DNA of 64,000 nucleotides, from positions 18,803 through 82,802 of the forward strand of contig CAWFOP010000021.1 of assembly GCA_963817465.1 (NCBI GenBank), given 5' to 3'. Below the pieces are notes generated by a model, which was not told the DNA's origin, ran no database searches, and saw nothing but the letters and a program-made list of their open reading frames with translations. Position 1 is the stretch's first letter. Each line of letters opens with the position of its first letter. Below, in pieces: positions 19,740 to 28,762 of this stretch. Source of the stretch: an uncultured Acidobacteriota bacterium (GTDB lineage Bacteria; Acidobacteriota; Terriglobia; Bryobacterales; UBA6623). A program made the translations under genes and the position numbers.

Positions 19740-21044
19740 CTAACGGAGGGCCGCGACGAGTTCGCCTGTACGGCGCAGCAGGTTGAGCTTGGCCTTCTCC
19801 AGCGCGTAGGAGGCGTCGTAGAACGTCTCCCAGGCCGCGGCTTCGGCGGCGCGGGCGCGTTCCACTTCATCGAGAGCGACGCGACCCTCCTCGAGCTTCG
19901 CCATCAGCACATCGATCGCCTGGCGGGCGTAGTCGAGCTCCATGCGGGCGAGCTTTTGGGAGCCTTGCAGGCGGCCGATGCTCTCGAAGATTTGGACGGA
20001 CTCGATCTCGACCGCGGACTTGCGCGCCGCCAGACGCGCCTCGGCCTCCTGTGCTTCCACGCGGGCTTGCGCCACGCGAGCGCTGACGCCCGAACCGGCC
20101 CAGAGCGGGACGCTGAGGGCTAGTCCGATCTGGCTGTTGTGACGCTGGAAACGATTGAAGAACTCGTCGTAGTTGTTGAACTTTGCGAGCAGGGAATACT
20201 GCGCCACGAAGTCGAGCCGTGGGTAGCGCGCGCCTTTCTCCGCCTCGACCGCGATTTGCTTGGCGGCGACGGTCGCCTGGAGGCTGCGGACCTCGGGGCT
20301 GTCGGTGACGGCTTCAGAGACGGCGGCGCTCGCATCGACCGGCAGAGCCAAGGTGAGGTCCGAATCGCCCGCCGCGGGTTCCAGGCGCTGGCCGGCGTCG
20401 AGGCCGAGGCGAATGCGCAGCTCGGCCTCGAGGGCGCGGCGCTGGGAAGCGAAGTCCGTGAGGCGCTGCTCGGCGCGCACGCGATCGAGCCGGGCGCGGG
20501 TGAGCTCGAGCGGGATCACGCGGCCCTCCTCGACGCGCTGCGCCACGGCGTCTTCGGCGCGGCGGTAGTTGTCGACCTGTTGTTGCAACAGGTCGGCCAT
20601 GCGCGCATTCTGCTCGAACTCGAGATAAAGCGCGGCGACGCGGTAGGCCATCTCGTCGCGCTGCGACGCAGCGGATTGCTGGGCGGCGCCGGTCATCGCT
20701 TCCGCTTCCTTCACGCGTTGCTTGAGCTGTCGGTCGTAAACCGTCATGCGGCCGGTCGCTTGGACGACCGACGGCGTCGCGCCCTCGACGCTCTGCGGAA
20801 TACCGTCGGTCCAACCCAGGCCGGATCCGATGTAGGCGCGCGGCGAAAAGGCTCCTTTGGCGGCCTCCACTCCGGCCGCGGCCTTCTCGGCTTCGAGCTT
20901 GGCCAGCACGATGTCGGGATTTTGCGTGAGCGCGAGGTTGACCGCCTCCCGCAAGCTGATCGTGCGCGCCTGCTGCGCGGCCGCGGTCAAGGAAATCAAG
21001 AGAAGAGCTGCGAGGAGTTTCATGTCTGAAAACCTGAAGATCAT
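19740..21044 (-). CDS. TolC-family outer-membrane efflux protein
   Basis: Signal peptide, the opening LSLREAVNLALTQNPD, and a duplicated coiled-coil/barrel repeat architecture. 434 aa. Confidence 0.8.
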   Translation of the reverse strand: MIFRFSDMKLLAALLLISLTAAAQQARTISLREAVNLALTQNPDIVLAKLEAEKAAAGVEAAKGAFSPRAYIGSGLGWTDGIPQSVEGATPSVVQATGRMTVYDRQLKQRVKEAEAMTGAAQQSAASQRDEMAYRVAALYLEFEQNARMADLLQQQVDNYRRAEDAVAQRVEEGRVIPLELTRARLDRVRAEQRLTDFASQRRALEAELRIRLGLDAGQRLEPAAGDSDLTLALPVDASAAVSEAVTDSPEVRSLQATVAAKQIAVEAEKGARYPRLDFVAQYSLLAKFNNYDEFFNRFQRHNSQIGLALSVPLWAGSGVSARVAQARVEAQEAEARLAARKSAVEIESVQIFESIGRLQGSQKLARMELDYARQAIDVLMAKLEEGRVALDEVERARAAEAAAWETFYDASYALEKAKLNLLRRTGELVAALR

Positions 21045-22294
21045 TCGTATCGCAAGGCGTCGACGGGGTTCAGTTTCGCGGCGCGCGAGGCCGGGGTGAA
21101 GCCGAAGACCGCGCCGACGACGACCGAGACGCCCAGCGCCGCCACGATCGACCAGGGTTCGATGGGAATTTGCAGCGCCGCGAGCTCCGGCAGATCGAAG
21201 CGCGGGATCAAGAAGCCTGCGATGATTCGGCGTGCGAGCAGCGGAATCGAGACGCCGACGATCGCTCCGGCGACCCCGCCCAGCAGACTGATGCCGACGG
21301 CCTCCATCAAGAACTGCCGCTGCACCTGGCGACGGCGGGCTCCGACGGCCATGCGGATGCCGATCTCCTTGGTGCGCTCGGAGACGGCGATCAGCATGAT
21401 GTTCATGATGAAGATGCCGCTGATCGCCAAGGTGATCGCCGCCACCAGCAGCAGCACGACCGTCAGCGCCAGCGAGATGTTTTTGGCGGCGTCGAGCACG
21501 CCCGCCAGATTGTCGACGCGATAGAGGGAGCCGGGCCGATGCCGCGCTTCGAGGATCTCGCGTATCTTGCGGCTCGCAGCCGGGACCTCATCTTGCGAAC
21601 GCACCGAGACGTAGAGCGGGTCGACGCGCTCGACCTGAGTGAAGTAGCGCATGACCGACAGGGGGATCAAGGCGCTGTTGCCCGCGACCTCCGACTGGCC
21701 GAACGTCTCGACGCCTTCCTTGAACACGCCGATCACCTGAAACTTGAGGCCCTGGATCTTGATCGGTTGGCCGACGGCCCCGTCAACCGAGCCGTAGAGT
21801 TTTCGCGCCAACTCGGGAGTCAACAGTGCGACCTTGGCGCGCTCTTCCATGTCGGCCTCGTCGAAGTAGCGGCCGGCGAGGATGTCGAGGTTGCGGACGT
21901 AGCGGTAGTCGACGTTCGAGCCAAGGACGCGAATCTGCTGCGGGCGCCCGCCGACCGGGACCCAATCCCAAGTCGAGATGACGCCGGCGGCGGCGGTGAC
22001 GGCATCGCCCAGGCCGTCGCGAACAGCGCCGAGGTCCGCCACCGTGATGAAGTCGGCCTCGGAGGCCGAGACGTTGCCGCCCGCTTCGTAGTAGGCGTAG
22101 ATGAGATTCGAGCCGACGCCCTCAATCTGATGCACGACGAAGTCTCGCCCCGCCAAGGCGACGCTCACCACCAGGATCACCGAGGCGTTCGCGATCAGCA
22201 TGCTGAGGCCGGTCAGCAGGGTGCGCGTCTTGTGAGACCACATCGCGCCCCAAGCGAACTGTCCGGCTTCGATCCATTCCTTCAAAACGGCCAA
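21041..22294 (-). CDS. ABC-type efflux permease (MacB/FtsX family, permease only)
   Basis: N-terminal TM, a MacB-like periplasmic domain, and a C-terminal FtsX 3-TM bundle with EIGIRMAVGARRRQV. It overlaps the tolC-like start by 4 nt. Confidence 0.8.
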   Translation of the reverse strand: MAVLKEWIEAGQFAWGAMWSHKTRTLLTGLSMLIANASVILVVSVALAGRDFVVHQIEGVGSNLIYAYYEAGGNVSASEADFITVADLGAVRDGLGDAVTAAAGVISTWDWVPVGGRPQQIRVLGSNVDYRYVRNLDILAGRYFDEADMEERAKVALLTPELARKLYGSVDGAVGQPIKIQGLKFQVIGVFKEGVETFGQSEVAGNSALIPLSVMRYFTQVERVDPLYVSVRSQDEVPAASRKIREILEARHRPGSLYRVDNLAGVLDAAKNISLALTVVLLLVAAITLAISGIFIMNIMLIAVSERTKEIGIRMAVGARRRQVQRQFLMEAVGISLLGGVAGAIVGVSIPLLARRIIAGFLIPRFDLPELAALQIPIEPWSIVAALGVSVVVGAVFGFTPASRAAKLNPVDALRYE

Positions 22295-22298
22295 TCCT

Positions 22299-23090
22299 TC
22301 AAATGGGTGCGATCTCTTCCAGCAATTTTCGCGCCTCGGAGTAGGGCTCGGCGTCCGGGCGAATCAGCGGAGTCGCCAGGTACCTTTCGAGCAGGCGCTT
22401 GGCTTCGGCCGGTTCGCGCTCGGCGCGGACTAACTCCTTGGCTCGGGAATACCACACGAGCGGCGAGTCAGGCTCGCGCTCGAACGCCTGCTTGAAGAGG
22501 CGATCGCTCTCTTCATAGCGCTCTCGCCGCGCCAGGAACGACGCCAGGCTCAGCAAGTGTTCAATTTCGCCGGGCTCCAGCTTGACCGCCTCGCGCAGGG
22601 CGGCCTCGGCTTTGTCGAACTCGCCGCGCGCGCGGTGGATCGACGCCCAGGCGCGGCGTCCTCGAGCCGGTGAGATTTTCGCGATGCGGTCCGCGATGGG
22701 CTCCGCCTTGTCTACTCCTCCTCCGACGATGCCCGGCGCGTCGACGTAAAAGTCGAGCAGCGATTCGAGGGCGTCGAGATTATTCGGTTCGAGCTCGACG
22801 GCTTTTTCGAACGACTCCCGGACGCGTTTGGCGAGGCCTAGCGCGCCAAGCTTCGCGAAGCCCGAAGCACGCTCGGCGCGGCGCCCCAAGGCGCGGCCTT
22901 GCCAGATCCGGTAGTCGGCGTTTCGAGGATCGCCTTCGACGGCTTGCTCGAACGCTTTGCCGGACTCCTTGTAGTCTTCCGCGACGAAGAGCTTGACGCC
23001 GTCGTCGAAGCACGCCGACGGCGCGCCGCAGGCTAGCGCGTGCAGCGCCGCGACGACGGCTAGTCCCGCAACTGTGAGTGCGAAGCGCAT
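22299..23090 (-). CDS. TPR-repeat protein (secreted) embedded in the efflux operon
   Basis: Signal peptide followed by about 5 TPR-like units (A..FE.A...DP.N). Confidence 0.6.
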   Translation of the reverse strand: MRFALTVAGLAVVAALHALACGAPSACFDDGVKLFVAEDYKESGKAFEQAVEGDPRNADYRIWQGRALGRRAERASGFAKLGALGLAKRVRESFEKAVELEPNNLDALESLLDFYVDAPGIVGGGVDKAEPIADRIAKISPARGRRAWASIHRARGEFDKAEAALREAVKLEPGEIEHLLSLASFLARRERYEESDRLFKQAFEREPDSPLVWYSRAKELVRAEREPAEAKRLLERYLATPLIRPDAEPYSEARKLLEEIAPI

Positions 23091-23093
23091 CCC

Positions 23094-24320
23094 TTACGTC
23101 CCTTCAAGTTCGACGGGCGCGCCTTCGGTGAGGGTTTCAGGGCCGGGGACGAGGACCTGGTCGCCGGCGGCCAAGCCGCTGCGAATCTCGACGCGTTCGT
23201 CGCCCCGTAGCCCAACTTCGACGGGCTTGCGATGGGCCAGGCCCTGTTCGGCGACCCAGACGAGCTCTCGGCCGTCGGCGCGGACAACGGCTTCACGGGG
23301 CAGCGAAACGACGCCCTTGACCCGGTCGACGACGATGGCGACATCGACGGTCAGATTCGGGATCAGGTGCTCGACGCCGCCCTTCGACGCTGCGACGTCA
23401 ACAGCGCAACGCGCCTTGCCGACTCGCCGCGAGCCCTCCTCGATGACTTCAGTGGGCAGCAGATCGACACGGCAAATCCAGCTCTGGTCAGGGAAGGCGT
23501 CGGCCGTGAGCAGGGCTTCATCGCCCAAGCTGACCTTGCCCAACTCCGGCTCATCGATCAAGAGCCGAGCCCGCGGAGGCTCCGACCCGGCCACGCGAGC
23601 GACCGGCGCGCCCGGGCTGACGAACATGCCGCGCTCAACCGACAGGGAGTAGACCAAGCCGTCGATCGGCGCCCGCACCGTGGAGGATCCGACCTGCCGT
23701 TGCGCGGCCGTTACGCCCGCTTGAGCCTCGGCGACGCGGGCCTCCGCCAGCTCGACCTTGGCGGCGTCCGGTTCCACGTCCATTTTCAGGCGAACGAGCG
23801 CCAGATCGCCTTCCGCGCGATCGATCTTTCGTCGCAAGGATTCCACCTCGACGCCCGGGATCGCCTTCTTGTCGGCCAGTCGCTGGGCTTGTTCGAGCTC
23901 CGCGCGATAGCTGCTCAGATCAGACTCGAGCTGGCCCGCGCGGCTCTCCAGATCGGCGCGCTCCGCGGCGGGCAGGCCGGCTTGGAGCGAGGCGAGCTCG
24001 GCCCGCGCTCCGGTTAGGCGGGCCTGAGCGGCATCGAGCTCGTTGCGAGCGCGGCTATCGTCGATGACCGCCAGCGCTTGCCCTTTTTTGACGACATCGC
24101 CCACCGTAACCAGGACCTGAAGAACTTGACCGGTCGTCCCGGCGATCACGTCATAGCGCGATCCGGCCTCGATGCGGCCGTTGGTGGAGAGCACGGCTTC
24201 GATGTCGCCGCGTTCGGCTTTGACAGTTGCGACCTTGACTGGCGTTTCTGGGTTCCAGGCCAGAAATACGCCTCCGACGACGAAGGCGACCAACAGCAAC
24301 AGGATAAGGACGGACTTCAT
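23094..24320 (-). CDS. Efflux periplasmic adaptor (HlyD/MacA family)
   Basis: The start is set at MKSVLILLLLVAF (ATG 24320), which overlaps the upstream stop as ATGA. Contains a biotinyl-lipoyl-like motif, a long coiled-coil hairpin and a beta-barrel domain. Confidence 0.8.
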   Translation of the reverse strand: MKSVLILLLLVAFVVGGVFLAWNPETPVKVATVKAERGDIEAVLSTNGRIEAGSRYDVIAGTTGQVLQVLVTVGDVVKKGQALAVIDDSRARNELDAAQARLTGARAELASLQAGLPAAERADLESRAGQLESDLSSYRAELEQAQRLADKKAIPGVEVESLRRKIDRAEGDLALVRLKMDVEPDAAKVELAEARVAEAQAGVTAAQRQVGSSTVRAPIDGLVYSLSVERGMFVSPGAPVARVAGSEPPRARLLIDEPELGKVSLGDEALLTADAFPDQSWICRVDLLPTEVIEEGSRRVGKARCAVDVAASKGGVEHLIPNLTVDVAIVVDRVKGVVSLPREAVVRADGRELVWVAEQGLAHRKPVEVGLRGDERVEIRSGLAAGDQVLVPGPETLTEGAPVELEGT

Positions 24321-25114
24321 GAAGAGGGGTCGGATGCTTCGGCGCCGCTCGGCACACGGAAGGACCAGACACGCAGATTCGCTTCTCCAGGAGCGTAGTC
24401 GATCACCGCGTATTCGCCCGGCTCGAGCGGCTTGACCGGCCAAACCCGGTACACGCCGTCAGCGAGCTGCTGGCGGAAGACCTCGATCTCCTCCTGCTCC
24501 TCGAAGATCTGCTCCGCCTTTGGAATGGTTTGAATGATCTGCATCACGCGGCTGTCTTTTTCGGAATCGGCTTTGACGATGCCGAACAGCGTGAGCTGCG
24601 TTTGGCGCACGAAGAAGATCGGCTTGTCCTCTTTGACGACGAGGTCGGAGTGCGCTCCTTCCACGTAGAGTTTTTTCTTGCCGGCGATCATGGGAATCGG
24701 CGAGATCACCTGCAACAGCTTGCGCTTCGTGCTGCCCTCGGTGAGCACCTCTTGTTGCGCCACTTCGGTCGCCGTGTCGTTGCTGTAGTAGTAGACGCCG
24801 TCCTCGATGGGGACGTTGTGCAGCTCGGTCCGCGCTTTGCGTTCGGCCTTGACCTCGGCGGCGGTTGTGGCGCGCATCGATTCGAGACGCCTCTGCGTGC
24901 GCGCGGCCGCCTTTTCCGTACGCTCCAGATCGACAAGCTCAACGGGGATTTCCTCCCATTGGCTGCGCTCGGCGCTGTAGTAGCGGACGCGGTCCCCCTG
25001 CACCTCATACTCGGTCACCATGAGGTCGCCGCCAGCCTTTAAGTAAAGCTTCAGGGTGGCGGCCCCGAGCAGCGCGGCGACCAGCAAAAGCAGCGTAGCC
25101 AGACGGGCGAGCAT
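24317..25114 (-). CDS. Hypothetical exported protein, first gene of the efflux operon
   Basis: Signal/anchor MLARLATLLLLVAALLGAA. ATGA-coupled to the adaptor gene. No recognisable domain. Confidence 0.55.
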   Translation of the reverse strand: MLARLATLLLLVAALLGAATLKLYLKAGGDLMVTEYEVQGDRVRYYSAERSQWEEIPVELVDLERTEKAAARTQRRLESMRATTAAEVKAERKARTELHNVPIEDGVYYYSNDTATEVAQQEVLTEGSTKRKLLQVISPIPMIAGKKKLYVEGAHSDLVVKEDKPIFFVRQTQLTLFGIVKADSEKDSRVMQIIQTIPKAEQIFEEQEEIEVFRQQLADGVYRVWPVKPLEPGEYAVIDYAPGEANLRVWSFRVPSGAEASDPSS

Positions 25115-25216
25115 GCCTCCTCATACTACCGTGGCGGCTGATCAGCGGAGAAACATTTCCGCCTCGGGTTGCAATCGATTCGCAATGTGTGATACCTAAC
25201 ACGGCCGGAGGCCGAG

Positions 25217-26095
25217 ATGCATATCAGGACATCGTCCGCTGCTTTGGTTGCAGCGTTGGTTCTTTCGAGTTGCGGCGGAGGCGGCCAGCCGGCAGGACCG
25301 CGAGCCGGTTCGCCGGAATGGTACTGGGAGGCCACGGTCCAGAATTATGATTCCGGCGATTTCCCAAAGGCGCTCGAGCATTTGAGCAACGCGGCGAGCG
25401 GGGAAGGCGACATCGCCGAGAAGGCGAAAGTCTGGAAAACAGTGATGACCGCGGGCCTGGCGCTCGGGCATCGTGAGCTGGCGGAAGCGTGCAAGTCCAG
25501 CATGGCGGCGAAGCCGGCGACGGCGTCGAGCTTGACGGGCGTGCTGCAGCAAGCGCAGCGTGATAGCCGCCAGTACGCGATCGAATTGCTCGAAGGCCTC
25601 GGCGACTTCGAGAAGACCCTGAAGGCGGGCCACGCGACGTTGGCGTTTCCGTTTCCCTCGGGAAACTCCGTCGAGGCGCCCGCGATAGCCAACCTGAGCA
25701 AGGGCGACGCCGTGCCCGAAGGCCAGTTGGCGGACGGCATCCTCCAAACCTTGCGGCGCAATCAGATCATCGCCGTTACCGAAATGATCGGCACGCCGGG
25801 CGAGGCGAACGCGGCCCAGGCGAAATTGGCGGCCGGCCCCGTGACGCCGCCCGAACCACAGGCGCGGTTGTCGATCACGACGTACCTGGTTCACCTGTCG
25901 CCGTTGTTCGACACGCAGATGCTCAACGACCCGAAGCTCCGCAAGATCGCCCTCGATCGCGCCGAACAATGGCTTCAGCCTTGCGTCGACTCCGAGGACG
26001 AGGCGGTCAAGGCCGCCGCCGAGAAGCTCACGGCAAGGATCGAGGACGAGCGCCGCGACATGGGCGGCGCGCGTCGCAAGCTCAAGCGGCTCTAG
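25217..26095 (+). CDS. Hypothetical lipoprotein
   Basis: Lipobox LVLSSCGG. Helical, Ala-rich body with no recognised domain. Confidence 0.5.
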   Translation: MHIRTSSAALVAALVLSSCGGGGQPAGPRAGSPEWYWEATVQNYDSGDFPKALEHLSNAASGEGDIAEKAKVWKTVMTAGLALGHRELAEACKSSMAAKPATASSLTGVLQQAQRDSRQYAIELLEGLGDFEKTLKAGHATLAFPFPSGNSVEAPAIANLSKGDAVPEGQLADGILQTLRRNQIIAVTEMIGTPGEANAAQAKLAAGPVTPPEPQARLSITTYLVHLSPLFDTQMLNDPKLRKIALDRAEQWLQPCVDSEDEAVKAAAEKLTARIEDERRDMGGARRKLKRL

Positions 26096-27012
26096 GCCCG
26101 CGCCAGCAGCGCCTCGATCTCCTCGAGGGAAGGCGCGGAACTCTGCGCCCCGGCCCGCGTGACCGAAACGGCAGCCGCGGCATTGGCGAAGCTGGCGGCC
26201 GTCCCGATGTCCGTTCCGCTCGACAGACTCACCGCCAACGCCGCGTTGAAGGTGTCGCCCGCGGCCGTCGTGTCGACGGCTTCCACCTGGAACCCTTCGA
26301 TCAAGATGCCGGGCTGTTCGGGAAGCTTGAAGAAGCAACCCTTCGCCCCAAGCTTCAAGATGACGAGGCCGCGCGAGCGTTGTTGGATCGTCCCGGCGAT
26401 GCCGTCGAGGCTGTGAACGCCTTCGCGAGGCGCCAGCCCGAGCAGCGGGATCGCTTCCGTCTCGTTAGGAGTGACAATGTGTGCGAGAGACAGTAGAGCC
26501 GCGTCGAGAGGCTGGGCGGGCGCCGGGTCGAGGATGGCCTTCGCGCCCCGTTCGCGCGCGCATTCGAGCGCCGCGGCGACGGCGTCGAGAGGGATCTCGA
26601 GCTGGCACAGTACGAAGTCATCCGCCGACAAATCGGCCAGCGCCTCGCGGACGTATTGCGGGCTGACGTCTTGATTCGCGCCGGGTGAGAGGAGAATGGC
26701 GTTTTCGCCGTCCGGCAAGACGGTGATCTGCGCGGCGCCGGTGGATCGTTCGGTACGTTCGATGAGCGCGGTGTCGACGCCCGCGACGCGGAGACTCTCC
26801 AGCAGCAGATCCGCAAATACGTCGCGGCCGAGCGCGCCGACCATGCGGACCGCCGCCCCGAGCTTGGCCGCCGCGACCGCTTGGTTCGCGCCCTTGCCGC
26901 CCGGGAAGATCCGTAAATCGCCGCCCGCTAGGGTTTCCCCCTTGGCGGGCAGCCGTGCTGACGCAATGACTAGGTCGGCGTTCAAGCTGCCGACGACGAA
27001 GATCCGCGGCAT
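26092..27012 (-). CDS. rbsK: Ribokinase
   Basis: VVGSLNADLV, GGKGANQAVAAAKLG and the C-terminal DTTAAGDTFNAA (PfkB signature). 306 aa. Confidence 0.85.
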   Translation of the reverse strand: MPRIFVVGSLNADLVIASARLPAKGETLAGGDLRIFPGGKGANQAVAAAKLGAAVRMVGALGRDVFADLLLESLRVAGVDTALIERTERSTGAAQITVLPDGENAILLSPGANQDVSPQYVREALADLSADDFVLCQLEIPLDAVAAALECARERGAKAILDPAPAQPLDAALLSLAHIVTPNETEAIPLLGLAPREGVHSLDGIAGTIQQRSRGLVILKLGAKGCFFKLPEQPGILIEGFQVEAVDTTAAGDTFNAALAVSLSSGTDIGTAASFANAAAAVSVTRAGAQSSAPSLEEIEALLARA

Positions 27013-27034
27013 CGCAACAGATTATCGCAACAGA

Positions 27035-28222
27035 TTACAGTCCGCCCAATGCAGTCACGCCGGGCAGTTCCACTCCGGAAAGAAACTCGAGCGACGCGCC
27101 GCCGCCGGTCGACACGTGTGAGATGTCGGCGCCGATGCCGGCCTTCTTGATCGCCTTCTCGGAATCCCCGCCGCCGACGATGCTGACGGCGGCCGACGAC
27201 GCGACGGCCTTAGCGACCGCCAGCGTGCCCGCCGCGAAGGGTTCCAGCTCGAAAACGCCCATGGGACCGTTCCAGACGATCAGCTTCGCGCCGGCGATTT
27301 CCTGTTCGTAGGCCTTGATCGTCTCAGGCCCGATGTCGAGGCCCATCCAACCGGCGGGCACGGGCTCGTCGACGCTCGTGGTCCTGATCTCGGCTTCGGC
27401 CGAAAAGGCTGACGCGATCACGTGATCGACGGGGAGCATGAGCTTGCCGCTCGCCTTCTCCAGTGTTTCTTTGGCGAGATCGATCTTCTCGTCTTCGACC
27501 AATGAACCGCCGACTTGTTTGCCTTGCGCCTTAAAGAACGTGTAAGCCATGGCGCCGCCGATCAGCACCTTGTCGGCCAGCTTCAGAAAGCTCTCGATCA
27601 CGTCGATCTTGCCGGAAATCTTGGCCCCGCCGACGATCGCGACATAGGGGTGCTCGGGCGAGGCGATGGCCTTGCTCAGCCAGGTGAGCTCCTTGTCCAT
27701 CAGCAGACCGGCGGCTGCGTCGGTCATGAAGGGAACGATGCCGGCCGTCGAAGCGTGCGCCCTGTGGGCCGCGCCAAAAGCATCATTGACGTAAACGTCG
27801 CCGAGCGCGGCGAGCTGCTTGGCGAAGCCTGCGTCGTTGGCTTCTTCTTCGTTGTGATAGCGCAGGTTTTCGAGCAGCAAGACTTCGCCGGGCTCGAGCT
27901 CGGCGGCCATTTTCTCGACTTCCGGTCCAATGCAGTCATGCGCCATCTTCACGGGCATGCCCAACAGCTCGGAGAGGCGCGCCGCGACCGGCTTCAGGCT
28001 CATCTTCGGCTCGCGCTTGCCCTTCGGCCGCCCGAGGTGCGAGGCCAAGATCAGCGCCGCGCCCTTGTCGAGGGCGAGCTTGATGGAGGGCAGGGCGGCG
28101 CGAATGCGCGTGTCCGATGTGATGGTTTGGCCGGTTTCCTTGTCGAGCGGGACATTGAAATCGACCCGCATGAACACCTTTTTGCCGGATAGATCGAGGT
28201 CGTCAATGGTCTTGTAAGGCAT
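27035..28222 (-). CDS. pgk: Phosphoglycerate kinase
   Basis: [16 protein letters not shown], the GGAK.S.KI region and [11 protein letters not shown]. 395 aa. Confidence 0.95.
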   Translation of the reverse strand: MPYKTIDDLDLSGKKVFMRVDFNVPLDKETGQTITSDTRIRAALPSIKLALDKGAALILASHLGRPKGKREPKMSLKPVAARLSELLGMPVKMAHDCIGPEVEKMAAELEPGEVLLLENLRYHNEEEANDAGFAKQLAALGDVYVNDAFGAAHRAHASTAGIVPFMTDAAAGLLMDKELTWLSKAIASPEHPYVAIVGGAKISGKIDVIESFLKLADKVLIGGAMAYTFFKAQGKQVGGSLVEDEKIDLAKETLEKASGKLMLPVDHVIASAFSAEAEIRTTSVDEPVPAGWMGLDIGPETIKAYEQEIAGAKLIVWNGPMGVFELEPFAAGTLAVAKAVASSAAVSIVGGGDSEKAIKKAGIGADISHVSTGGGASLEFLSGVELPGVTALGGL

Positions 28223-28762
28223 AAGCGGTCTGGAAACCGCTATTGTTCCACAGATGCTTGCCCCGGAGAGTCTCGTAACCGGACCGTATGCGGCCCCGGC
28301 CGATGAGTCCCTGAGTGATCAGGGCGGGGTGGTGAGAGAAGAGCGGCCCTCCCGCTCAGAGGGTAGTTTGCCGAGATGGCGAGAGGGCCGAATCCCGCTC
28401 GGCTGCCTTCGGATCGGTGCTGCAGACCTGATCGCCGCCGGTGGGGGGAGTGCTCCCAATGTAGCCGGTCCCACACTCCATGTCTGCTCGGAATCCTCCC
28501 GGTTTTCGATAGGAACTACCCCGGAGGCCCTTAGCGGGCGCGAAATAATCCGAAGGTTCGGGCCTTACGTTGTTGCGCTCGGACGGTTTGCGCGCATAGC
28601 GGAAAACTCGTGATAATGGTGTGGCGTCCGGGCGGGCGAGATTTCGCCGGCTGTGAGACCGTCCGACCTGCCCTCCACGTCGTCAGGACCGTCGGCCACG
28701 ATCCGGTTCTCGATCCGCCTTACCGGGAGCCCTGCTCGCGCCCCGGCGACACTGACGAAACG

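Noticed and set aside
23094-24443. Longer form of the MacA-like adaptor starting at 24443.
   Set aside because: The extra 41 residues are Arg-rich and overlap the upstream gene. ATG 24320 gives a proper N-terminal membrane anchor and an ATGA stop/start overlap.
28254-28613. 119-aa ORF (and 28240..28476 on the minus strand) in the long pgk-upstream gap.
   Set aside because: There is no domain and the composition is not protein-like. The region is better explained as structured non-coding RNA/DNA.
28223-28762. I tested by eye whether this gap is RNase P RNA, tmRNA, SRP RNA, tRNA-Sec, or a TPP, cobalamin or SAM riboswitch.
   Set aside because: The diagnostic strings are absent on both strands: GAGGAAAGUCCGGGC and ACAGAACCCGGCUUA for RNase P, a GGUUCGA T-loop plus CCACCA end and an ..ALAA tag ORF for tmRNA, GGAAGCAGCC for SRP, and a UCA anticodon loop for tRNA-Sec.
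28610-28762. An upstream extension of the ATP-grasp ORF (start at 28610).
   Set aside because: The extension ([20 protein letters not shown]...) has no similarity to the family N-terminus, whereas MGLKFDSYQ.. at 28763 does.
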